Shown one piece after another: positions 1 to 7,074 of a stretch of 13,190 nucleotides of DNA. Position 1 is the first letter of the stretch. The number at the start of each line of letters is the position of its first letter. The notes beneath the pieces are model-generated. The model was not told where the DNA came from and did not search any database. It saw only the letters and a list, made by a program, of their open reading frames with translations. Both the position numbers and the translations under genes were made by a program. Source of the stretch: Promethearchaeota archaeon (GTDB taxonomy: Archaea > Asgardarchaeota > Lokiarchaeia > Sigyniarchaeales > SOKP01); contig JAEOTZ010000036.1 in NCBI GenBank assembly GCA_016839585.1, positions 1 through 13,190 of the forward strand. Direction: 5' to 3'.

Positions 1-2
1 TT

Positions 3-308
3 TTAGGGTCTCCACAAGAAGCAATGGGTTTCTCAAAAGAATTTTCTTCCCTTCTTCAAAATTTCTTAATTAAAAAATATGATTTTTCATCTCTTGATCA
101 AATTGAAGATATAAAAAAACAATTATTAGGAAGAAGGATACTAATTATAAATGCCACTGAAATCCTTGAAAAAGTTGATCTTTCTGAACTTAAAAGAGGA
201 ATAGAAGATTTAAAGGCTTTTTTAAGAGAAAATGGTGGATCAATGGGGCGTCTAGGGGATCAATATCTTATCGTCACCCCAAATTCCTATGTAAAAATTT
301 CTAATTAA
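3..308 (+). CDS. sepF: Archaeal SepF-like cell division protein (DUF552-like), probably 5'-truncated by the window edge
   Basis: The frame is open from position 3 (LGSPQEAMGF...), so the true start may lie upstream. C-terminal pattern 'ILIINATEI...LKRGIEDLK...GGSMGRLGDQYLIVTPNSYVKI' resembles the archaeal SepF core (GGDI..LG...LIVTP..VKI). Confidence 0.75.
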   Translation, partial: LGSPQEAMGFSKEFSSLLQNFLIKKYDFSSLDQIEDIKKQLLGRRILIINATEILEKVDLSELKRGIEDLKAFLRENGGSMGRLGDQYLIVTPNSYVKISN

Positions 309-350
309 TTGCCTATTTTTAAAATAAACAATAATTAATACATATAAGTC

Positions 351-358
351 TTTAAATA
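351..358 (+). promoter_or_regulatory. Putative archaeal TATA box (TTTAAATA) for the C39 peptidase gene
   Basis: Matches TTTAWATA and lies about 24 nt upstream of TTG 382. The AT-rich background makes chance matches common. Confidence 0.3.
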
Positions 359-435
359 TTGATTTAGCTTATTTATCTTTATTGAAATCTATTATAAATA
401 AGGATTCTAAAATTAATGATTTAAGGTCAAATAAA

Positions 436-1656
436 ATGAATAAAAGAATTGGGGCAACTTTATTTATACTTTTCGTATTAGTAGGGCAGTTCATTGGAAT
501 AGGGCTTGTAAAAGTTGAAATCTTTCAAGCTAGAGAAAATACAAATAATTTATTTGAAGACAGAAATTCTAGCTTGCATTCTGCTTCTACAACTTTTATA
601 ATTCCCTCAGTTCCACACTATTACCAAACAACAAATTATTATTGTGGACCCGCGAGTGTACAAATGGTATATGACTTCTATGGACCATATATTTCACAGT
701 TAGAAATAGCAGATGTTGCTCGAGCAGATGTATCTTATGGAGCTTACACAAGTGATCTGAGAAGAGCAACTCATTTTAGTAGATTAAGTACCTCTGTAGG
801 TAATGATATGCCAGTTAGCATAACAGGATACACAAATAGATCAATTGGATATGGTGCTTTTGAAGCATGGTTACCAAATGTTGATAGTTTAGTTAATTTA
901 ATAGAAGATGGTTATCCGATTGTGGTTTTGACTCATTATGATGAATTTCATACTTCTGGACACTTTAGAGTTGTTATCGGCTATGTTAGAAATAGTGGTA
1001 TTACTCAAATAATAGTGCATGATCCTTGGTATACTCCCCCTTATCAAGGACCTAACGTTTATTTTAGTTATGCTACATTTGTTGATTTATGGACTCGTTT
1101 CGATAATTGGGCACTTTTTATTAGTCCATGGGAAATAACAGTAATTTGTTCATCATCAGTAGCAGTTAATTCAACCTTTACTGTAAGTGCTGATGTTGAA
1201 TATGTACGTCCTACATACTTTAGTGCAGCGTATTCGGCTTCTTCATGTCAAGCGACTATACAGCTACCATTGGGGTTTTCTCTTGCTCCTGGTGAAATGA
1301 CAACAAAAAATCTTAATCCAGTAAATCTCCCATCGGGAGGGATTGGAACAGTTACATGGCAAGTAGTTGCAGATGTTGTTAATAGTTCAGGATTTATTTC
1401 CGTAAATGCTAGCGGTTTAATATCAGGTATTGCATATGCTCATCCACCTGTGTACCCTAGCGGATATACTTATGATGATTTGATTGGAGGTAATGGAAGT
1501 AAATTAGTAACAATCGTAGAAGATTTACCAGAAGATAAGCCAGAAGGGGATATGATGCCCATTATCATCATCACTACAGCGGTATTAGGTGCTGTTGTTA
1601 TAGCTGTTGTTATTGTACTAATAATACGTAAGGCTAAGAGAAAAACTCCAGAATAA
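436..1656 (+). CDS. Secreted, membrane-anchored C39-like (papain-fold) cysteine peptidase with a beta-rich Ig-like domain and C-terminal TM anchor
   Basis: Likely start ATG 436 (AGGT 8 nt upstream; MNKR + hydrophobic signal/TM segment); the ORF track uses TTG 382. Motifs: VPHYYQTTNYYCGPAS (Gln and catalytic Cys), GHFRVVIGY (His), IIVHDPW (Asp). Then a Ser/Thr/Val-rich beta domain, an acidic linker, a hydrophobic helix and the basic tail RKAKRK. Confidence 0.8.
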   Translation: MNKRIGATLFILFVLVGQFIGIGLVKVEIFQARENTNNLFEDRNSSLHSASTTFIIPSVPHYYQTTNYYCGPASVQMVYDFYGPYISQLEIADVARADVSYGAYTSDLRRATHFSRLSTSVGNDMPVSITGYTNRSIGYGAFEAWLPNVDSLVNLIEDGYPIVVLTHYDEFHTSGHFRVVIGYVRNSGITQIIVHDPWYTPPYQGPNVYFSYATFVDLWTRFDNWALFISPWEITVICSSSVAVNSTFTVSADVEYVRPTYFSAAYSASSCQATIQLPLGFSLAPGEMTTKNLNPVNLPSGGIGTVTWQVVADVVNSSGFISVNASGLISGIAYAHPPVYPSGYTYDDLIGGNGSKLVTIVEDLPEDKPEGDMMPIIIITTAVLGAVVIAVVIVLIIRKAKRKTPE

Positions 1657-1666
1657 ATTAAAATTT

Positions 1667-2926
1667 TTACTTTTTTTTTCTTTTTCGAAGTATTTCTATG
1701 AAGCTCTCAATTTGATTGAGAACTTGGGTTTCATTCATCTTTCTTGGATCATTCATGTCACTATCAATTACGAGTGTGGGAATATCCGCTTCTTCCATTA
1801 ATTTACGTTTCAAATCATACATTCCACAAGCATTTGGTCTGCAGGACATATTATTGTGTAATAAAACACCATCTATTTTCCAATCTCTTACAGTTTCTTT
1901 AAACTTTTCGAATCTTGTCTTAAGATCGTAAATATACCAAAAGCTGAGAACTAACTCTGCCATTGATTCCACTGGATTATCAATAACCATCTTTTTTGTT
2001 AAATTTGGGTTTGTATATTTCGTAAAAGCATACACATATGGTTCATATACGATAATTGCATTCCATCGCTCTAAATTTGAAAAGAAGCGAAGATTGTACC
2101 AGAATGGTATTCCTTCAAATAGGAGTCGGTAATCTTCTTGTTCTAATGCACCAATCCCATTATCTACTCTTTCTTTAGCCTCTCTGTACATTCGTTTATA
2201 GAGTTTAATTGGTGATTTTAAACCAGTCATTGTGAATAAAGGAAATAATCCCCCAAATGTATCTCTGGTTGAAACAGGGCATGGAATGTTTTTTCGTAAC
2301 TCAAAAACTTCTTGCCATACCTTTCCTAATTCATAAGAATTGAGAGCTACCTCTTTTGCCCTTTCTGGATTAAATTCATTACCAGTCACTTCAGTTATAA
2401 AATCTAATAATTCCCAGAGCTGTTCTTTTATGTATTTTTTAAAATAATCTCTTTGTCTATTATTTGTATTACTAACTACATGAGGGACATCTATAGTGAA
2501 ATGAGGTACATTAAATCTTTCTGCTTGAACTTGAAACCAATTCACATGAGTATCACATATCACATCACTTGATAACATAAAAGTTGGTTTTCTTGTACCT
2601 CCAAGACTCATATCAGCATTACTTAGTACAGCACCAACATTTGTTTTAAAATAAGAACAGAGATCATAGGAAAACCCTTCTTCTTCTGCTAGTTCTATAA
2701 AGTCTTGAGACTTTTTTAAAGCAGCTGAAATTGTAGCTGAATTTTCTGGTAACATTGGCTGAACATTCATAGCATATAAAAACTCTACTGGTGTACCAGC
2801 AGTTGCCCAAGCAGTTGGCTTTCCATCTCTATATGCTTGTTCAATTGCTAAGAAATGCCTACCCATTTCATTTTTTAATTTATTTGTAGCATTTAACATT
2901 TTACCTCTTTTTTTCACTTCAGACAT
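1667..2926 (-). CDS. 2-hydroxyacyl-CoA dehydratase / benzoyl-CoA reductase family Fe-S subunit (HgdA/FldB/BcrB-like)
   Basis: Motifs PVEFLYAM..PMLPEN, AEEEGFSYDLCSY, DVICDT, HNNMSCRP, IPTLVIDSDMNDPR...IESFIE. Strong SD AGGAGGT 6 nt before the ATG, directly after the upstream gene's stop. Confidence 0.88.
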   Translation of the reverse strand: MSEVKKRGKMLNATNKLKNEMGRHFLAIEQAYRDGKPTAWATAGTPVEFLYAMNVQPMLPENSATISAALKKSQDFIELAEEEGFSYDLCSYFKTNVGAVLSNADMSLGGTRKPTFMLSSDVICDTHVNWFQVQAERFNVPHFTIDVPHVVSNTNNRQRDYFKKYIKEQLWELLDFITEVTGNEFNPERAKEVALNSYELGKVWQEVFELRKNIPCPVSTRDTFGGLFPLFTMTGLKSPIKLYKRMYREAKERVDNGIGALEQEDYRLLFEGIPFWYNLRFFSNLERWNAIIVYEPYVYAFTKYTNPNLTKKMVIDNPVESMAELVLSFWYIYDLKTRFEKFKETVRDWKIDGVLLHNNMSCRPNACGMYDLKRKLMEEADIPTLVIDSDMNDPRKMNETQVLNQIESFIEILRKRKKK

Positions 2927-2932
2927 TTTTTT

Positions 2933-2939
2933 ACCTCCT
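2933..2939 (-). promoter_or_regulatory. Shine-Dalgarno site AGGAGGT coupling the two dehydratase-family genes
   Basis: Minus strand reads TAA-AGGAGGT-AAAAAA-ATG (stop 2942-2940, start 2926). Confidence 0.8.
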
Positions 2940-3977
2940 TTAGATTATTTCACTAAATGCTTCAAATCTTGTTGCTAATTGTTTATAAGATTCTCTATTA
3001 TATTCCATTTCTACAAAGAGATATGGAATTCCCAACTCCTTAAATTTTTTATTAAAATATGGATGTCCGTAAAGTACTGGTTCACAAAACTTCTGGGCTA
3101 TATTTATAACACCATCTACATTATAAGTTTGTGCCAAATTCTTAAGTGTTTCAAACCTTTCAAATGATGGAAATTTAGTTGAATATATTGGTTTATTTAA
3201 ATGGTATTCAGCTAAAGCTTTGATTGGATCCCCGTTTTCATTTACTTTACTCCAAAAATATTTGGATCCAATGCATAAATCATCACTAATGATTTGATAA
3301 CCAACATTTTCTAAAAATTTAATAAATTCGGTATCATCTATTACTGAACCGGTTAATAATATCTTTTTAAGATTTTCATCTGAAAATGGTTTTCTCTCTT
3401 TAATTTCTATTAATTTTAACTTAAGTTTTTCAATCATTTTATCTTTATCAGATTGTTGGATTTCTTTAACTAATGCATGGAATTCTGAACCTTTTAATTT
3501 CATATCGACTCGTAATTCAGAAATTTCTTTCAATAATTCTCTGATTTGATTCATTTTCTTAATGGCAAGTTGGATTTTTTCAGTGGTAATTTTTATTTTA
3601 AACGATTCCTCTAATTGTAATATCAATTCTTTTATATCATCAATAAAAAATTTCAAAGATATTTCGTTTCGCTTCAATGGAGCGTTCAGAAAAAACAGAA
3701 AGTCTAAATTCACGCATTCTAACCAAATATCGAATTCCCTATTCGTGCAATCACAACCATGAGTGCAAACCATTCCTTTTATATCATTACCCAAACCATT
3801 AATTGCTTGCTCAAGAATATTTCTAGCCCAAACGCAGTGAGTTGGAGGGATATGCTCGTTAGCTTTATCAATACCTATTGTGGGATTTCCAAAAAGTCTA
3901 ACAGGAACCATATCAGCAGCAAGAATAATTTCCTCTGGTGTCTCAACCGATGCATCAAAATAAGCTATTTTTTTCAT
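2940..3977 (-). CDS. 2-hydroxyacyl-CoA dehydratase / benzoyl-CoA reductase family Fe-S subunit (HgdB/FldC/BcrC-like)
   Basis: Motifs PEEIILAA.MVPVRL, HC.WARN, HGCD, SDDLCIG.KY, QKFCEP, GIPYLFVEMEY...QLATRFEAF. Co-oriented 13 nt upstream of its partner subunit. Confidence 0.88.
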   Translation of the reverse strand: MKKIAYFDASVETPEEIILAADMVPVRLFGNPTIGIDKANEHIPPTHCVWARNILEQAINGLGNDIKGMVCTHGCDCTNREFDIWLECVNLDFLFFLNAPLKRNEISLKFFIDDIKELILQLEESFKIKITTEKIQLAIKKMNQIRELLKEISELRVDMKLKGSEFHALVKEIQQSDKDKMIEKLKLKLIEIKERKPFSDENLKKILLTGSVIDDTEFIKFLENVGYQIISDDLCIGSKYFWSKVNENGDPIKALAEYHLNKPIYSTKFPSFERFETLKNLAQTYNVDGVINIAQKFCEPVLYGHPYFNKKFKELGIPYLFVEMEYNRESYKQLATRFEAFSEII

Positions 3978-4100
3978 TTTTATTGTTAATTCATTAATTT
4001 ACTATTCTACATCCTAATGTTATTTTAAATCCTTAAATATTTAATAAAATATTTATTTGATAAAATAATTTTAGATAATAATTAGATAAATATAATAAAT

Positions 4101-4409
4101 ATGGCTCAACAGACAATTCATCGAACATTATCGAAAGCGATACTAAAGGAAGAGGTTCGCGTAAAGTTGAAGATTTGGAATACCTTTTTAACAGGTAAAT
4201 TAAAAAAGTTTGATAATTACATGAACTTAATAGTTGAAAACGCTAAAGAAATTTATTTCGGACGTGGTGGAAAGCGAAGTAAAGATTTAGGAACAGTCAT
4301 GATAAGGGGCGCCTCCATAATATTCATAGGTCAGGATCGAGAGAAACTAATCTTTGCTGAAGACACTGAACAAAAATTAATGCATAGAGAAGAAGCGGAT
4401 AATATATAA
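4101..4409 (+). CDS. Sm-like archaeal protein (SmAP/LSm) with a C-terminal extension
   Basis: Sm1 motif GKLKKFDNYMNLIVENAKE and Sm2 motif LGTVMIRGASIIFI. Sits immediately upstream of rpl37e, the conserved archaeal arrangement. Confidence 0.9.
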   Translation: MAQQTIHRTLSKAILKEEVRVKLKIWNTFLTGKLKKFDNYMNLIVENAKEIYFGRGGKRSKDLGTVMIRGASIIFIGQDREKLIFAEDTEQKLMHREEADNI

Positions 4410-4430
4410 AGAAGAATAAAGGTGGTAAAA

Positions 4431-4646
4431 ATGGGAAAAGGAACACCTAGCAAAGGCAAGAAAAATAAAGCAGCAACCCATAAAACATGTAGGAGATGTG
4501 GAAAGCACTCATATCATCGCCGAAAAAGGTTCTGTGCGAGTTGTGGTTTTGGTCGAACTGCAAAGTTAAGACAGCCTAGTTGGCGTAATAGAAATCGTCC
4601 TTTTAATGGACGGAAGTCATTTGATCGCCGTAAAGCTAAGGCATGA
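4431..4646 (+). CDS. rpl37e: Large ribosomal subunit protein eL37 (L37e)
   Basis: MGKGTPSKGKKNK..THKTCRRCGKHSYH....FCASCGFG: the canonical L37e zinc finger. The real start is probably ATG 4431; GTG 4422 lies inside the SD AGGTGG. Confidence 0.97.
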   Translation: MGKGTPSKGKKNKAATHKTCRRCGKHSYHRRKRFCASCGFGRTAKLRQPSWRNRNRPFNGRKSFDRRKAKA

Positions 4647-4677
4647 AGAAAAGATAACATTAGGTATTTTCTAAAAT

Positions 4678-4685
4678 TTTAAATA
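4678..4685 (+). promoter_or_regulatory. Possible internal TATA box (TTTAAATA) for the Roadblock-E1 unit
   Basis: TTTAWATA match in the 100-nt gap between rpl37e and Roadblock, preceded by A-rich CTAAAA. Confidence 0.25.
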
Positions 4686-4746
4686 TTATTGTCTGATATT
4701 CTTCTATCTAGTATTAATTCAATTTTTAAATTATCTTGAAGATTAT

Positions 4747-5121
4747 ATGAATAACTCAAAAATTGAAAGCCTCAATAAGGAATTGGAAAAATTAGAAGCT
4801 ATAAGTGATATTATAGGTATAGCAATTGCAAACCGAAATGGCTTATTAACTACTTCAATATTACCTATAGATGTTGATGAGAGAAAATTTGGGGCAATGG
4901 CGGCTACCATGTTTGGTGCCATTGAAACGGCTGCTTTAACTTTAGGAAGCGATACTATAAATAATATAACAGTAGAATTTAATAATTACCAAATTATAGT
5001 TATGGGTATTGATGACCAAGTAATTCTCGTTTCTATGTTAGATATTAATACAAATTTAGGTATATTTTTCATAGAAATTGAAGAAACTATTACAAATATT
5101 AAAAAAATTTTAAGTAGGTGA
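4747..5121 (+). CDS. Roadblock/LC7 domain protein
   Basis: 124 aa with pattern L..LE....IIGIAIANRNGLL..S.LP..VDERKFGAMAATMFGAIETAALTLG...ITVEF....IIVM....NLG.....I, typical of Roadblock/LC7/MglB. Confidence 0.9.
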   Translation: MNNSKIESLNKELEKLEAISDIIGIAIANRNGLLTTSILPIDVDERKFGAMAATMFGAIETAALTLGSDTINNITVEFNNYQIIVMGIDDQVILVSMLDINTNLGIFFIEIEETITNIKKILSR

Positions 5122-5127
5122 AATTCA

Positions 5128-5862
5128 ATTTTAAATGAAAAGCAAAAAGAGAGGTATTCAAGACAAATTATCTCTCCATTAATTGGTGAGGAAGGTCAAG
5201 AAAAAATATCTAAAATCAAAGTATTACAAATTGGAGCAGGAGGGCTTGGCTCACCTTGTTCTATGTATCTTACTGCTGCTGGGATAAAACAATTAACTAT
5301 AATTGATAATGATGTTTTAGATATTTCTAATCTTCAAAGACAAATTCTTTATAATGAAATGCAAGTAGGAAAAGATAAAGTAGAATCAGCAAAGATAGTC
5401 TTGTCCAATCTAAACTCAGAGGTTCAAATAAATACTTATAAAGAATATATTGATAAAGATTCGATAAGAAAATACATTAAAGACCACGATTTCATTATAG
5501 ATTGCTCAGATAATTTCCAAACTAAGTTTTTAGTTAATAAAATTGCCATACAATATAATTTAAAATGTGTTATTGCTGGAATAAAAGATTTTTATGGGCA
5601 AATCATTACAATAAATCCAAAAAAGACTGCTTGCTATCAATGCGTTTTTAATGAGCCAGATAAAATCTCTCCAGAAGAAGGACCTTTACCTGTAATTGGT
5701 GTTACTCCAGGCATATTAGGAACGTTAGAAGCTCTTGAAGTAATAAAAACAGCATTAGGACTTCCAAATTTGGAAAATAAATTATTAATGGTAAATCTCG
5801 TAGATTCAAGATTTAATGTTATAGATATCGTTAAAAATGAAAATTGTATTTGCTCAAAATAG
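5128..5862 (+). CDS. ThiF/MoeB/HesA-family (UbaA-like) E1-type adenylyltransferase; probable non-canonical ATT start
   Basis: Frame 1 is open from 5122 and encodes LNEKQKERYSRQIISPLIGEEGQEKI...VLQIGAGGLGSP upstream of the ORF-track ATG 5263. Further motifs: IIDNDVLDISNLQRQ, IIDCSDNF, CYQC and terminal CIC. 244 aa from ATT 5128, a typical MoeB length. The family call is strong; the exact start is less certain. Confidence 0.9.
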   Translation: MLNEKQKERYSRQIISPLIGEEGQEKISKIKVLQIGAGGLGSPCSMYLTAAGIKQLTIIDNDVLDISNLQRQILYNEMQVGKDKVESAKIVLSNLNSEVQINTYKEYIDKDSIRKYIKDHDFIIDCSDNFQTKFLVNKIAIQYNLKCVIAGIKDFYGQIITINPKKTACYQCVFNEPDKISPEEGPLPVIGVTPGILGTLEALEVIKTALGLPNLENKLLMVNLVDSRFNVIDIVKNENCICSK

Positions 5863-5883
5863 AAGAAAACAAAAAAGAAGAAT

Positions 5884-6432
5884 TTAATTTTTTATAACTT
5901 CAGGATTTTTTTCAAAAAAAGCTTTAAAATCTTTCCCGTTTTTTACATAATCTTTAGAAGTTCTTTCTCCCGCTAACTTCCCCGTCTCTGGTAATTGTTT
6001 CTTTATATCAGCAGGAATTCCAACAACTAAACATCTTGATGGAAATTCTTTATTTAATAACACAGCTCCAGCACCAACCTGTACTCCTTCTCCTAATTTT
6101 GAATTATGTAACACATTTGCACCAATTCCAATAACGCATCCATTTCCTATCTCAGTTGGTCCATGAATCATCGCATGATGTCCTATAATGACATCATCAC
6201 CTATAAATACTGAACTACCTTGTTCAAGATGGATGGTTACATTCTCTTGAATACTTGTATTTTTTCCAATTTTAATTGTTCCCCAATCTCCTCTTAATAC
6301 CGTTCCGAACCAGACGTTTGAATCTTCTCCTATTGTAACATCTCCAATAATCACCGCTGTGGGAGCAATAAAAGCTGTTTCATGAATATAAGGTTCTTTA
6401 CCTGTTTTTGGGCTCGCCATTATAATTGGCAT
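5884..6432 (-). CDS. Gamma-class carbonic anhydrase family protein (left-handed beta-helix, PaaY/CaiE/YrdA-like)
   Basis: Hexapeptide repeats, VIIGDVTIG, VWFGTVLRGD, IQENVTIH, IGHHAMIHG (three metal-binding His), LVVGIPA. AGGT lies 8 nt before the ATG. Confidence 0.93.
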   Translation of the reverse strand: MPIIMASPKTGKEPYIHETAFIAPTAVIIGDVTIGEDSNVWFGTVLRGDWGTIKIGKNTSIQENVTIHLEQGSSVFIGDDVIIGHHAMIHGPTEIGNGCVIGIGANVLHNSKLGEGVQVGAGAVLLNKEFPSRCLVVGIPADIKKQLPETGKLAGERTSKDYVKNGKDFKAFFEKNPEVIKN

Positions 6433-6516
6433 ATTTTTATACCTAAGTTTTTTTTACATTTGAAGAATTAAGCTAAAAATAATAAAGTTATGATTAAAAG
6501 TAATTAGATTTTTTAC

Positions 6517-6942
6517 TTATTTCAACACATTACCATCTTTTAACATCTTTCTATGATCAAATGCTAAGTCAATTTCTTTCAATTTTTCTTTAGGAACAAG
6601 TTCTACTTCTTTAGCATCATCACCGCTTTTCATATCAGAAACAAGTCCCACTATAGAACATTTAAAAGCTGTACTTTGAATTTTTCCCCGAGGATCTCTC
6701 CCTGGCTCGTTATAAATACCAATTTTTTTAATTATTTTTATACTTAAATTAGTTTCTTCTTTAGTTTCCCTAATAAGGGCATCTTTGGTTTTTTCTCCTT
6801 TCTCAATAGCTCCACCAGGAAGTGCATAGTAATCCTTGAATGGAGGATATTTACGTTTGATCAGTACTATATTACCTTTGCCATCTTCGATAATTGCATC
6901 AACAGCTTTTCCAATACCTGTTTTTTTAATTTGTTTTTTCAT
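6517..6942 (-). CDS. Nudix hydrolase, ADP-ribose pyrophosphatase-like
   Basis: Nudix box GGAIEKGEKTKDALIRETKEETNL plus LIKRKYPPF, PGRDPRG, SGDDA and LAFDH motifs of the ADPRase/NrtR-like subfamily. Confidence 0.9.
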   Translation of the reverse strand: MKKQIKKTGIGKAVDAIIEDGKGNIVLIKRKYPPFKDYYALPGGAIEKGEKTKDALIRETKEETNLSIKIIKKIGIYNEPGRDPRGKIQSTAFKCSIVGLVSDMKSGDDAKEVELVPKEKLKEIDLAFDHRKMLKDGNVLK

Positions 6943-7054
6943 AATTATAGAGAAAATAATCGTAGCATTTAAAATTTATATATAAGTATCTAAATATCCT
7001 GTAGTAGTACTGTTTATAATTTATAATAAAGTTATAATATTAAATTAGAAATTT

Positions 7055-7064
7055 AAAAAAAAAA
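7055..7064 (-). terminator. Putative U-tract (T10) archaeal terminator of the IPGY-CTERM gene
   Basis: A10 run on the + strand (T10 on the - strand), 10 nt after the stop at 7075. Confidence 0.4.
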
Positions 7065-7074
7065 TAGAATTTAA

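Noticed and set aside
1716-3989. Short + strand ORFs 1716-1931, 2979-3167, 3562-3762 and 3759-3989
   Set aside because: Antisense shadows inside well-supported dehydratase-family genes; no motifs or RBS seen.
4033-4089. Palindrome TTAAATATTTAA and repeated TTAGATAA in the divergent promoter region
   Set aside because: Almost purely A/T in an extremely AT-rich gap; explainable as back-to-back TATA-like sequence or chance.
4422-4430. GTG start for rpl37e
   Set aside because: The GTG is part of the SD (AGGTGG); ATG 4431 gives the canonical MGKGT N-terminus.
5135-5182. Out-of-frame mini-ORF MKSKKRGIQDKLSLH overlapping the E1 5' end
   Set aside because: Only 15 codons and 13 nt from the SD; kept only as the basis of the indel alternative.
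5263-5265. ORF-track ATG as the start of the E1-like gene
   Set aside because: It would remove the RYSRQ motif and the GAGGLG ATP-binding loop, which are encoded in frame upstream.
5863-5950. SECIS element downstream of the Roadblock-E1 unit
   Set aside because: The gap is a 21-nt purine run followed by antisense coding sequence; no AUGA/GA kink-turn hairpin is visible by eye.
6517-6942. NrtR transcriptional regulator
   Set aside because: Only the Nudix domain is present; there is no C-terminal wHTH.
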